DNA of 63,617 bases, filler included, from an uncultured Methanosarcinales archaeon (GTDB lineage: Archaea > Nanobdellota > Nanobdellia > Woesearchaeales > CALCXY01): NCBI GenBank assembly GCA_964385185.1. It is 5 parts of 5 records of this genome, joined end to end, with 100 filler letters (N's around TTAATTAATTAA, not from the genome) between each part and the next. Parts side by side here need not be neighbours in the genome. Positions count along the whole stretch, not along the records: positions 34,340 to 49,081 come from CAYLOA010000028.1; positions 49,182 to 59,979 come from CAYLOA010000030.1; 3 more parts are not named here. One strand, given 5' to 3'. Below, in pieces: positions 39,730 to 49,382 of this stretch. Position 1 is the stretch's first letter; each line of letters begins with the position of its first letter. A program made the translations under genes and the position numbers. The notes beneath the pieces were generated by a model that made no database searches, was not told the DNA's origin, and saw nothing but the letters and a program-made list of their open reading frames with translations.

Positions 39730-40365
39730 ATGGCAAACACAAAACAATTCGCAGATGAGATGGTAAGAGATTTTGGAGCAATAGATGATTGGACACCCGA
39801 TCAAACTTATAAAGTAGCTAAAATGATTGTTACTGGTCCTTTAGGTAAAGAAATTGCAAGTGGGAATAAGAGATTTTTAGATCAAGCTGTAGGTTATCAT
39901 GAGGATAATTTTAATGCTATCGCAACCGGTAAGAAGAGTTTTCAAAAATATTCTAATGGAATTAAAAATCATATTAAAAGGGCACTTCCCCATCAGTGGG
40001 GTCATATAGCCGCAGGAGGTGATGGACCTGTTGCAGGAGGAGTGAGAGGATATGACACCATTATGAGAGAATTGCATGGAATTGATAATTTATCTGTTAA
40101 TGGAATTATCCAACTTACTAGAGAAGTTACCACTGACCCTGAACTTTCCAGTGTTCGGGGGCAAGCTCCAAATATGAAGACATTAGGTATGATATTGGGA
40201 GCATATGATAGTAGGGTTGACAAGGATGGAGTACCTACAGCTCAAGAATATCTTCATAGTGCATCGAGCTCAGGAAAAATTCGTCTTGATTCCCTAAAAA
40301 ATATTCTAAAAAAATCCTACTTGCCGAACTTGGAAGGTCATCTTTCGAAACGAGCCAATAGATAG
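39730..40365 (+). CDS. Hypothetical protein
   Basis: 211 aa with upstream TTTATATA. Confidence 0.65.
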   Translation: MANTKQFADEMVRDFGAIDDWTPDQTYKVAKMIVTGPLGKEIASGNKRFLDQAVGYHEDNFNAIATGKKSFQKYSNGIKNHIKRALPHQWGHIAAGGDGPVAGGVRGYDTIMRELHGIDNLSVNGIIQLTREVTTDPELSSVRGQAPNMKTLGMILGAYDSRVDKDGVPTAQEYLHSASSSGKIRLDSLKNILKKSYLPNLEGHLSKRANR

Positions 40366-40433
40366 ATTTATTGATAGTTATTTGATCTAACAAATTAATT
40401 AGATTTTTAAGTGAGTAATTGTTTCTATTTCTT

Positions 40434-41363
40434 ATGTACAAAATAAAAGAAATACCCGAGGATTTTAAGGTAGATGAGATAAGTAATGTTGAGGTAGAGG
40501 ATAGTGGTAAGTATCTTTATTTTCTTATGAGTAAGAGAGATTATACTACACTTGAGGCTTTACAGAATGTTGCTATGTTGATGAATGTTCCTAAAAAGTT
40601 TTTGGGTTTTGCAGGGACTAAGGATCGTCGTGCTATTACTTCTCAAATGGTGAGTTGTCGAAATTGTAAAAAAGATAAGCTATCAGGAGTTAAGATTGAG
40701 GATATTTCTGTTGAGTATAAAGGATTTGGAAGTGAGCCCATCTCTTTAGGAGATTTAAAGGGGAATGCATTTGAAATTGTTGTTCGAGAGGTTGAGAAGA
40801 AGCCTAAGCATGTTGATAAAGTTATTAACTATTTTGGAGAACAACGATTTTCTAAGAATAATGATGATATTGGTAAATTATTAGTGCAGAAGAAGTATAA
40901 AGAAGCTGCTCAGTTAATTGCAGAGGGAGAAGGTAAACATGAAAGGGATGTGCGTGAAGCCCTTAATTTTCAAGAGAATGATGCTATTGGAGCTCTACGG
41001 AATGTTCCTAAGAAAATATTGACATTATATGTCCATGCCTATCAATCTAAGTTGTGGAATGAGATGACGGTGTTGGACAGGGAGGAAATTCCAATTATTG
41101 GTTTTGGAACTGAAGTTGATGCAGATGTAGATGCCGTATTGAAAAAAGAAGGAATTTCATTTCGTGATTTTATCTTTCCTGCTATGCCTGAAATTAGTGC
41201 TGAAGGTGGAATACGAAAGAAATTTGTAGATGTTCATGATTTAGAGATTGGAGAATTAGAAGATAATGATCTTGGTGAAGGGAAGAAAATAGTTGTTAAG
41301 TTCTGGTTAGCAAAAGGATGTTATGGAACAGAAGTTGTTAAAGCATTATTTGAGAATTGCTAA
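40434..41363 (+). CDS. truD: tRNA pseudouridine(13) synthase
   Basis: EDFKVDE, AGTKDRRAITSQ, GNAF, NYFGEQRF. Confidence 0.93.
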   Translation: MYKIKEIPEDFKVDEISNVEVEDSGKYLYFLMSKRDYTTLEALQNVAMLMNVPKKFLGFAGTKDRRAITSQMVSCRNCKKDKLSGVKIEDISVEYKGFGSEPISLGDLKGNAFEIVVREVEKKPKHVDKVINYFGEQRFSKNNDDIGKLLVQKKYKEAAQLIAEGEGKHERDVREALNFQENDAIGALRNVPKKILTLYVHAYQSKLWNEMTVLDREEIPIIGFGTEVDADVDAVLKKEGISFRDFIFPAMPEISAEGGIRKKFVDVHDLEIGELEDNDLGEGKKIVVKFWLAKGCYGTEVVKALFENC

Positions 41364-41975
41364 TATATCTTTGGTTACTTTTTTTATTTCTTTAGTTCCA
41401 TCGACTGATTTTAGAAGTTTATCTTTTTTATAGAGTTTTAGTAAAGGTTCAGTCTCTTTTTTGTAAATTTTAAGTCTTTCTGCTATGGGTTCTGGGAAAT
41501 CGTCATCTCTTTGAATTAATGGTGATGAGTCTTCATCACATACTGCGGGGTCTTTTGGTTTCGGCATGGTGTAGAGATTGTAGATATGGTTGCACTTCAT
41601 GCAGGTTCTTCTGTTCAGCATTCTATTTGTTGCTTCTTCGTCTGAAATTTTTATTTGGATGACTTTGTCTAACTTTGTAACTTCACTTAGTGCCTTAGCT
41701 TGAGGAGCTGTTCTTGGAAAACCGTCTAAGATGTAGCCTTTTTTTGTATCTTTGTTTTTAAGTCTCTCTTGGACCATTTGGATTACAAGTTCGTCTGGGA
41801 CTAATTCTCCACTTTTCATAAAAGAATCTGCTTTTTTACCTAATTCTGTTTGTTTCTTTAGATGTTCTCTAAACATGTCTCCGCTACTGATATGTGGGAT
41901 TTTTAGTTTGTCTTTTAGAATTATAGCTTGAGTGCCTTTACCAGAAGTTTGTTTACCTATTAGGAGTATGTTCAT
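41346..41975 (-). CDS. adk: Adenylate kinase (bacterial type)
   Basis: SGKGTQ, HISSGDMFR, LDGFPRT, QRDDD. Confidence 0.93.
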   Translation of the reverse strand: MNILLIGKQTSGKGTQAIILKDKLKIPHISSGDMFREHLKKQTELGKKADSFMKSGELVPDELVIQMVQERLKNKDTKKGYILDGFPRTAPQAKALSEVTKLDKVIQIKISDEEATNRMLNRRTCMKCNHIYNLYTMPKPKDPAVCDEDSSPLIQRDDDFPEPIAERLKIYKKETEPLLKLYKKDKLLKSVDGTKEIKKVTKDILAILK

Positions 41976-42025
41976 AAGGATTAAATTGGGAGAGGGTTAT
42001 TTAAAGGTTGTTAAGAATAAAAATA

Positions 42026-42121
42026 AGCCCCCGATGAGACTTGCACTCATGATCTGCAGCTTACAAGGATCGGCTCCGAATAAAGTCGGAACTGCCGCAT
42101 TGGCTACTATGCTACGGAGGC
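42026..42121 (-). tRNA. tRNA-Thr(UGU) with 23-nt intron at 30/31 (42069-42091)
   Basis: GCCTCCG/CGGGGGC acceptor, U73, GCAGC-CT-TGT-AA-GCTGC after splicing; BHB motif. Confidence 0.88.
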
Positions 42122-42161
42122 ATGGACATATGTGTTCTAGAATGTTTTATAAAGTTTACGG

Positions 42162-42662
42162 CTAATACCTATACAAATTGAGAAGACCTTTGAGTCTTGC
42201 ATGTAAGTCTCCAATGGAGTCTTTCACTTCTCCTTGTAATTGAGAAGTATATGGCTTATAGAAATATTTGTCAAACATGGTTCTAATCAGGAAAAAGGTT
42301 GGTTTAGATTCCCATCTATTCTCATAATCGGTTTCTAGGTATGCGTCAAATACAAAATGAGCTTTTCCTTGATTTAATCGTACCTTGACACCATCTTTCT
42401 CAACTTCTACTTCTTTTATATCTGAGAAGATCATTCTTACCTTAATAACAGATTTAGCATATTCAGTTAATTTCTTCCAGGGTTCAACCACAATTTCAAC
42501 ATATTTACCCTCAGGGAATACTGATTCTATGTTTTTTGCTTCACGTTTATCGTATCCTTTTTCTTCAAACCATTCATCCATGAGTTTATAGATATCCAAA
42601 ATAGAAAAGAGACCTTCATAGGTCATTCGCATCTTGTCTACGAGTACTTCTCTTTCTGCCAT
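42162..42662 (-). CDS. Hypothetical protein, paralog 3 of triplet
   Basis: YEGLF…IY…WFEEKGY; DYENRW. Confidence 0.8.
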   Translation of the reverse strand: MAEREVLVDKMRMTYEGLFSILDIYKLMDEWFEEKGYDKREAKNIESVFPEGKYVEIVVEPWKKLTEYAKSVIKVRMIFSDIKEVEVEKDGVKVRLNQGKAHFVFDAYLETDYENRWESKPTFFLIRTMFDKYFYKPYTSQLQGEVKDSIGDLHARLKGLLNLYRY

Positions 42663-42664
42663 GA

Positions 42665-43195
42665 TTAATACCTGTGTGCTGAAGCGTTATGTGCTGTCTC
42701 CATATTCAAATAGTCCTTTACTACATAATAAAGCTTATGGATTCTATAATATAATTCGTCTTCCCATCCTCCTGTGATTGTGTTGAATAACACATATTTA
42801 TTCATCCAATCTTGAAGATATTCTAGAAATTTATTTCCTGAAAACATATTTTGCCAGTCCAGTTCAACATAGCCATCCATTTCCATTTGCATTCTGCCTG
42901 ATAGCATTTTTTTCTTTTTTCCATCTCTTACTACTTCCACATCTTTCATGTCCCAGATATGAAAGTGTACGTAGATCCAGAATCTGACATAAGCATTTGA
43001 TTTTCTTTTACCATACCATCCCACTTCTTGCTCGTATCCTAGTGGACTAGGGACCTTATGCTTGTAATATTGCTCATGGAATTCGTACCCTTGGCCTTCT
43101 AGCCAAGATTGAATTGTCCTATACAGACCGTCCATATCAAAGACTCCCCTATACTTAAGCCCAAAAACGGGCATTTCTCTTTTGATGGATACCAT
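42665..43195 (-). CDS. Hypothetical protein, paralog 2 of triplet
   Basis: YRGVF…LY…WLEGQGY; LDWQNMF. Confidence 0.8.
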   Translation of the reverse strand: MVSIKREMPVFGLKYRGVFDMDGLYRTIQSWLEGQGYEFHEQYYKHKVPSPLGYEQEVGWYGKRKSNAYVRFWIYVHFHIWDMKDVEVVRDGKKKKMLSGRMQMEMDGYVELDWQNMFSGNKFLEYLQDWMNKYVLFNTITGGWEDELYYRIHKLYYVVKDYLNMETAHNASAHRY

Positions 43196-43261
43196 GGAGT
43201 TGTTTTAAGGAACACGGTTTAAATAGTTTTTGATAAGAAATGTTTATAGGGAGCCACAGAC

Positions 43262-43864
43262 TCAGTTAAATTCCTTGTCGTAGAAGAATTTTTGTCCTTC
43301 TGGCTCTGGTAAGTAAGTTCTGAGTTTTAGGTAGGTCTTCATGGCTTCCTTAAATCGGTAGAGATCGTCCCTGAATTCCTTCTCGTGTACTTTTAGATCT
43401 TTTAGAATTACTCTCTTGTAGAACCAACTGTATAAATGTTTTAGTAACCAGTGTTTTTTCCAGGTTCCTTGGTAGTCTACTACTAATTTTGCATATATTT
43501 TAAACTCAGGTTCTCCTGTGTTGGCTTTAAATTTCATTCCGTTATACATTACTTCAGCATCTTTTAGCGTGATTATGTGCCAGTCGATATCTAAGACATA
43601 TTTGTAGAAGCTATTACCTGTGGGTATTTTTTCACATCTCCACCAAATCCAAAGTTCATCGCCTGCATCTTGTGTCACTCGATGCATATAGAGTGTTTCG
43701 TTGAAGATAGGATCAAATCTTGGTGCATAGCCTTCTTCTATCAGCCATTCGTGTGCAACGATGTATAGATTCTTTAGATGAAAATAATCCTTATGCTTGA
43801 GTCTGGTATCTTCGATAATAGAAATATAATCTACATCCTCGTATTTATGACGAATTCTGGCCAT
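43262..43864 (-). CDS. Hypothetical protein, paralog 1 of triplet
   Basis: HKDYF…LY…WLIEEGY; VDYQGTW. Confidence 0.8.
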   Translation of the reverse strand: MARIRHKYEDVDYISIIEDTRLKHKDYFHLKNLYIVAHEWLIEEGYAPRFDPIFNETLYMHRVTQDAGDELWIWWRCEKIPTGNSFYKYVLDIDWHIITLKDAEVMYNGMKFKANTGEPEFKIYAKLVVDYQGTWKKHWLLKHLYSWFYKRVILKDLKVHEKEFRDDLYRFKEAMKTYLKLRTYLPEPEGQKFFYDKEFN

Positions 43865-43943
43865 ATTGTCTTCTTTGTAAATTGCGTATTTAAAGTTTTT
43901 GGAATGGGTAAGGTTTAAATACGTTGGAGGGTTTTCCATTTCT

Positions 43944-45140
43944 ATGATTATTGGAGTTGTAGGAAAACCTAATGTGGGTAAAAGTACTTTCTTTAAGGCA
44001 GCTACGCTTGCAGAAGTTGAAATTGGAAATTACCCTTTTGTTACGATAAAGGCCAATTCTGGAGTTGGCTATGTTCGGGTAGAGTGTGTTGATAAAGAGC
44101 TTGGAGTACAGTGTAATCCTCGTATGGGGCATTGTGTTGAGGGTGTTCGGTATGTTCCTGTTGAGTTGATCGATGTTGCAGGATTAGTTCCTGGAGCACA
44201 TGAAGGTAAAGGAATGGGGAATCAATTTTTAGATGATCTGAGACAGGCTGATGTACTCATTCATGTTATTGATATTTCTGGTGGTACTAATGAAAAAGGG
44301 GAGACGGTTAATGTAGGAGAGTACGACCCTGCAGAAGATGTAAAATTTTTAGAAGTAGAATTAGATATGTGGATTTTAGGTTTGTTGAATAAGGGATGGG
44401 AAAAATTATCACGAGAAGTTAAGCAAACTAAACAAGATCCCTTCAAAGCTTTAGCTGGACATCTTTCTGGATTGGGAATTGATGAAGATTTCGCTAAAGA
44501 TGTTATTCAAGGATTGTCCTTAAGTGAAGATATTGCGAGTTGGAGTGAGGTAGAATTGAAGAAAGTTGCTACTGCTCTGCGTGAGAAGAAGAAACCTATC
44601 ATTATTGCTTGTAATAAAATAGATGTTGCAGGCGGGAAAGAGAACTTTGATCGATTGGTTAAAGAATTTCCATCGTTGTTATTTGTTCCTTGTAGTGCTG
44701 AATCTGAATTGGCTTTGAAGGAAGCGGGTAAACATGAGTTGATTGATTATAATGCTGGAGAAGGAGATTTTAGTGTTAAGGATGAAGGTAAATTGAATGA
44801 TAAGCAGACGAAGGCTTTGGAATTTGTTCGTCAGAATGTTCTTGAAAAGTTTAAGAGTACTGGCGTTCAAGAAGTTTTAGATAAAGCTGTTTTTGAGTTA
44901 CTTGGATATATTACAATATTTCCTGGAGGGGTAAATAAATTAGAGGATAAGGATGGGAATGTTCTTCCTGATTGTTTTTTAATTCCTGGAGGGAGTACTG
45001 CTTTAGATTTTGCTTATAAAATTCATTCAGATTTAGGAGATACGTTTATTCGTGCAATAGATGTTAAGACCAAACGAACTGTTGGAAAAGAACATGTTGT
45101 ACAGAATAGAGATGTTGTTGAGATTGTGAGTGATAAATAA
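43944..45140 (+). CDS. ychF: YchF/OLA1-family ATPase
   Basis: [26 protein letters not shown]-terminal TGS. Confidence 0.92.
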   Translation: MIIGVVGKPNVGKSTFFKAATLAEVEIGNYPFVTIKANSGVGYVRVECVDKELGVQCNPRMGHCVEGVRYVPVELIDVAGLVPGAHEGKGMGNQFLDDLRQADVLIHVIDISGGTNEKGETVNVGEYDPAEDVKFLEVELDMWILGLLNKGWEKLSREVKQTKQDPFKALAGHLSGLGIDEDFAKDVIQGLSLSEDIASWSEVELKKVATALREKKKPIIIACNKIDVAGGKENFDRLVKEFPSLLFVPCSAESELALKEAGKHELIDYNAGEGDFSVKDEGKLNDKQTKALEFVRQNVLEKFKSTGVQEVLDKAVFELLGYITIFPGGVNKLEDKDGNVLPDCFLIPGGSTALDFAYKIHSDLGDTFIRAIDVKTKRTVGKEHVVQNRDVVEIVSDK

Positions 45141-45141
45141 T

Positions 45142-45525
45142 CTATTTCTTAGAAAATCTGTCAAAGCTTTGTACTAGGTCTATCATATATTTGCCTTCTT
45201 CAAGTTTGAAGATTAAAGGATCTCCTTTGAAGAGGTGGACTAAGTCTAATTCATATCTTCCTGGCTTTAAGACTCTGATTGCTTCTAGATCGAGAATGAC
45301 GGGTTGTTTTCTGTCTACTTCGGATCCAACTAAATCAAAAACGTCTTTTTCTATTTGTTTTTTATCAACGTCTGTTAAGTTAATTGTTTGTTGAACTTTC
45401 TTTAATTGAGCTAACTTAGATTGCTTGATAAAGAAAAATAGCTTAGCTCCACAAGAACATCCTTTTAGAATTTCTGCTGCGCCATCTTCATAGAAATTGT
45501 TGCATCGTACACATTGATGTGGCAT
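45142..45525 (-). CDS. OapC/ArvC-like Zn-ribbon protein (DUF2072)
   Basis: MPHQCVRC…ILKGCSCG-KLFFF; GRYELDL. Confidence 0.85.
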   Translation of the reverse strand: MPHQCVRCNNFYEDGAAEILKGCSCGAKLFFFIKQSKLAQLKKVQQTINLTDVDKKQIEKDVFDLVGSEVDRKQPVILDLEAIRVLKPGRYELDLVHLFKGDPLIFKLEEGKYMIDLVQSFDRFSKK

Positions 45526-45530
45526 AGTTT

Positions 45531-45899
45531 TTACCTTTTCTTCTTCTTTTTATCATTCATTAATAATTCAATTTTAGTTGGATCTTTCTTAATTGACTTT
45601 ACAATATTTGCTGGTCCTATGATTGTAAATCCTGATCTATTTCCTAGTAATAATGTTGAAACCATTGAGCCAAATCCTGTGGTTTTTTTATCTTCTACTA
45701 CAGCTAGTTCAATTCCTTTGAAATCTTTATTGATTTCCTCCATGGTTGCTTTGATTAATTCAGCTTCTTCTTCTTTTCTTAATCTCCCTTGGAGAAGGAC
45801 AATTTTTTCTTGTTTAGCAATGGTGAGTAATTTTCTAATACGTCCTACTGAGGATAAGTCTGCGATCTGAGCGTATGGTACAATTTGTAATGTTAACAT
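45531..45899 (-). CDS. OapB/ArvB-like protein (DUF2073)
   Basis: EEAELIKATM…FKGIE…TIIGPA. Confidence 0.85.
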   Translation of the reverse strand: MLTLQIVPYAQIADLSSVGRIRKLLTIAKQEKIVLLQGRLRKEEEAELIKATMEEINKDFKGIELAVVEDKKTTGFGSMVSTLLLGNRSGFTIIGPANIVKSIKKDPTKIELLMNDKKKKKR

Positions 45900-45910
45900 T
45901 TTACCTCTTT

Positions 45911-46543
45911 TTAATCACTTATCTTGAATACGGCTTCATAAAACTTTTCTAAATTGTTACCGTATTTAGCGGAAATCCCAACAACATCATACTGTGGAAA
46001 GGCCGCTTGTACTTTCTTTATGTTTGCCTTTTTTAAGTCTATCTTATTTGCAACGATTAAAACAGGAATATCTCTTGCAGCAAGGTTTCCAATAATTGTA
46101 ATGTTTACTTGAGAATAAGGATCGATTGTTCCATCTAAGACGATAATTACGACATCCATGTCGTCCAACCATTTAATTGCGTCAATGACTCCTTTAGTAG
46201 CTTCTTTGGCACGCTTCTTAGCTTGTTTTTCTTTCATTCCAAGTTTAACAAACTCTTCGTAGTCGATTTTTGTAGCAATACCTGGAGTATCTACAAGATT
46301 GAATGTTAATTCTTTTCCTTTAGATTTAATTGTTATTTGTTCTTTGATTTGGATTTCTCTTGTTTCGTGAGCCATGGCTGAAGAGGATCCTATGTTTTCA
46401 CCAAGCCAGTCTTGAGAAATCTTATTTGCTAGGGTGGTTTTTCCTCCGTTAGGTGGTCCATACAATCCTAGCTTGAAATTCTGTTTATTTTTGAAGATAT
46501 TTTTAATAAAATTCTTAATAAAACTAGTAAATTTTTCAATCAT
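45911..46543 (-). CDS. OapA/ArvA-like small GTPase
   Basis: GPPNGGKTTLAN, HETR, DTPG, NKID, ISA. Confidence 0.88.
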   Translation of the reverse strand: MIEKFTSFIKNFIKNIFKNKQNFKLGLYGPPNGGKTTLANKISQDWLGENIGSSSAMAHETREIQIKEQITIKSKGKELTFNLVDTPGIATKIDYEEFVKLGMKEKQAKKRAKEATKGVIDAIKWLDDMDVVIIVLDGTIDPYSQVNITIIGNLAARDIPVLIVANKIDLKKANIKKVQAAFPQYDVVGISAKYGNNLEKFYEAVFKISD

Positions 46544-46660
46544 TTTAATCCACTTTACTGTCCCTCTGGTAAGTTTATATACTTATTGGTTTTAGAGAAT
46601 ATAGGTAAATTTTTGGTAGTTTTGGACATAATTTAGTTCTTGGATATGATAGTGATGGGC

Positions 46661-46701
46661 TCACCACAACAACAGGTGCGCACAGCGCACTGTTGTGGTG
46701 A
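46661..46701. repeat. 41-bp palindromic repeat, family B copy 1
   Basis: TCACCACAAC…GTTGTGGTGA; inner GTGCGC-ACA-GCGCAC. Confidence 0.85.
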
Positions 46702-46753
46702 GATTAGAAAAAACCTCCACTGAAGTTACATTTATATACATGGAAGGCTGAGA

Positions 46754-47317
46754 ATGTATATGGAAGATGCAGTCAAAAAGGGAATTCTCCAAATACTTAA
46801 TAAAATTATTAGGGCTGTTGTTAAAAATGATTCTGCTTTGTTGAAATTGATTAGTGAAGATAGTGTTCAGAACGCAGGTATCTATCAAGATGAAGATAGT
46901 ATAACAATTGCTGTTGTTGGATATGCTTTATCAAAGACATGTCAAAGATGTATTGTTGAAGAAGAAGGTAAACCTTTGCATACCTTAATCCTCTCTGAGT
47001 TGCAAAAGGCAAGGGATCTTTTGGAAAAAGGAAATGAACAAGAATATAGAAAACATATCAAGAGTTTAGTGAAAGATATTATTTCTATAGATAACAAATT
47101 CAAAATTTATATTGAAGAGGTTATTGAGAAGGCTAAAATCAAAAAGGGGAGTGCATTGTATGCTACTGGAATTAGTATGGGTCGTGCTTCTGAATTATTA
47201 GGAATTAGTCAGTGGGAGTTAATGAATTACTTGGGGAAAACTACACTTAGTGATCAAACAGGGGAGGCTGTGCCTACAGGAGAACGATTGGCCTTTGCAA
47301 GAGGTTTGTTCAAGTGA
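46754..47317 (+). CDS. Hypothetical protein with C-terminal UPF0175-like HTH
   Basis: GISMGRASELLGISQWELM. Confidence 0.7.
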   Translation: MYMEDAVKKGILQILNKIIRAVVKNDSALLKLISEDSVQNAGIYQDEDSITIAVVGYALSKTCQRCIVEEEGKPLHTLILSELQKARDLLEKGNEQEYRKHIKSLVKDIISIDNKFKIYIEEVIEKAKIKKGSALYATGISMGRASELLGISQWELMNYLGKTTLSDQTGEAVPTGERLAFARGLFK

Positions 47318-48003
47318 AGAGTTTAGTTTTTGATGCTGGGCCGTTAATTTCTATTACTATGAACAACCTATTGTGGGTTATGAAAGATTTGAAGGCTAAG
47401 TTTGGTGGTAAATTTCTATTAGCTGAAGGAGTACGATATGAACTTGTTGAAAAACCAATGAAGACTAAAAATTATAAATTTGAAGCTATGCAAACATTAG
47501 AGCAAATTCGAAACGGAGTATTTGAAGTTGCTAAAGATGTGCATACTAAAGCTTTGACTAAGGAATTAATGGATATTGCCAATAGTTGCTTTACTACTCA
47601 TGGTAGGGATTTGAGAATAATTCAATATGGTGAGATGAGTGCCTTGGCTTTGCTTTTACATGAGAAGGCTGAAGCGTTAGTTGTTGATGAGCGAACTACT
47701 CGATTGTTAATCGAACATCCTGCAAGGCTGCATAAAGTGTTAAAACGAAAGTTGCACACAAACGTTAAAATGAATAAAGATCAGATTGAAGCATTTCAAC
47801 ACAAGGTGCATGGTGTGAAAGTGTTACGATCGATTGAGCTTATGACCGTTGCATATGAGCTTGGATTGTTGGATATATATCTTCCTAATATGAAAAATGC
47901 TCGTGAGGAATTAGTAGACGCAATTCTTTGGGGATTAAAAATTGATGGCTGTGCCATTTCAAAGCGTGAGATTGATCGCATCAAAAAGATTGAACGGAAA
48001 TGA
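47314..48003 (+). CDS. PIN-domain-like protein
   Basis: VFDAGPLI, GEMSA, VDERTTR. Confidence 0.7.
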   Translation: MKSLVFDAGPLISITMNNLLWVMKDLKAKFGGKFLLAEGVRYELVEKPMKTKNYKFEAMQTLEQIRNGVFEVAKDVHTKALTKELMDIANSCFTTHGRDLRIIQYGEMSALALLLHEKAEALVVDERTTRLLIEHPARLHKVLKRKLHTNVKMNKDQIEAFQHKVHGVKVLRSIELMTVAYELGLLDIYLPNMKNAREELVDAILWGLKIDGCAISKREIDRIKKIERK

Positions 48004-48172
48004 TTTTGTCGTCTATGAGGCAAAAGGTTTAAATATGAGTACGATTGAGAAAAATTATTGAAAATAATTGAGGACTTTGATAAACAATTTAAAGTGTCAA
48101 AGTCCACAAAGAAAACATTGAATAATAATCCATGAGGAGGTTATTCAATGTTTTCAATTGGAGGGTAAATAT

Positions 48173-48406
48173 ATGGCTAAAAAAGTTGCAAAAGTTGGAG
48201 TAAAAAGAGAAAAGGGATATCTGTATTTTATTGACAAAGCAGGTGATATTTCTCGGACAAAGATGGCCCGTGGTGGCGGAAAGAAGAAAGGAAAGTCCAA
48301 GAAAGAAAAAGTTGCTAAAGTCGGTGTAGAAAAAGAATCAGGCTACTTATACTTTATTGACAAACAAGGCGACGTTGCTATGGCTAAAATGGCCAGAGGA
48401 CGTTAA
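48173..48406 (+). CDS. Small basic CC1-like chromatin protein
   Basis: Two repeats KVAKVGV.(R/K)E.GYLYFIDK.GD…KMARG. Confidence 0.7.
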   Translation: MAKKVAKVGVKREKGYLYFIDKAGDISRTKMARGGGKKKGKSKKEKVAKVGVEKESGYLYFIDKQGDVAMAKMARGR

Positions 48407-48408
48407 TT

Positions 48409-48585
48409 TTATTTTTTTTTACTTATTTTTTCCAACTTACTAAATAAGCTTTTTGCATCTTTTAGAAATTGTTTATCTTGTTTAGTTAATTCTTCTTTGG
48501 TTACTATGTGTTTCTTTTCTAAGATTTTAGCTTTGTTTAAAGCTGCTTGAACTACTTTTTTGTTTATTAGTTTTGGTTTAGGCAT
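48409..48585 (-). CDS. Hypothetical 58-aa basic protein
   Basis: MPKPKLINKK…ISKKK; below ORF track cutoff. Confidence 0.4.
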   Translation of the reverse strand: MPKPKLINKKVVQAALNKAKILEKKHIVTKEELTKQDKQFLKDAKSLFSKLEKISKKK

Positions 48586-48609
48586 ATAACCTATAGGTTA
48601 TCGAGGTAT

Positions 48610-49081
48610 TTAAATCTTTTTGACAATTCCTAGAGTTGCATCTACTTCTACTAGATCTCCATCATGAAGAACCTTTGTTGCATTGCTTGTACCGATGATT
48701 GTAGGAGTTTTCAGTTCTCGTGCTACAATAGCTGCGTGGCAGAGCATACCTCCTGCATCGGTGATGATAGCGGATGCCTTTTCCATAATAGGTAGGAAAT
48801 CTGGATTGGTCATACCTGTTACTAAAATGTCTCCCTTTTGGAAATCATTTTTGATATATGGATCTAACAAGATCTTTACTTTTCCTTTTATTTTTCCTGG
48901 AAAGGCTATAGTTCCTTCTACCTTTTTTGATTCTGGAAATAATGATTCTTCAAACTGTTTAGCTTTATTTGCAGTTAAGATTACAAGATTACCCTCAGTT
49001 GATCCTAGTATTGAATGATTGTGTCTTTGGATCAGGATATTGTCCTTTGGAAGAACCTTCTTGTGTATGTAATTCTTTAAT
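48610..49081 (-). CDS. PEP-utilising enzyme mobile (phospho-His) domain protein, 5'-partial
   Basis: ILVTGMT-PD, GGMLCHAAIVAREL; frame open to contig edge. Confidence 0.85.
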
Positions 49082-49181
49082 NNNNNNNNNNNNNNNNNNN
49101 NNNNNNNNNNNNNNNNNNNNNNNNNTTAATTAATTAANNNNNNNNNNNNNNNNNNNNNNNNNNNNNNNNNNNNNNNNNNNN
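49082..49181. other. Artificial contig linker
   Basis: N-run/TTAATTAATTAA/N-run. Confidence 0.98.
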
Positions 49182-49382
49182 AAAGATCTGAACTAGGAAA
49201 ACGATTTCCAGACATGTATCTGAAGAAACAAATACTTTCTTTAGACATTCAAGACATTTACCAATATAATCAACCAGAACTAAAAGATATGCTTACCAAA
49301 AAAATTAATCATCTAGCCATTCAGCAAACTGTTCCTTCTTCAACAACATAAACTATAAATACCCCTAAACTCAAAACAACCC

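Noticed and set aside
46544..46753. oriC next to the oap operon
   Set aside because: Only one weak ORB-like word (CTCCACTGAAG), no cdc6, no visible skew switch
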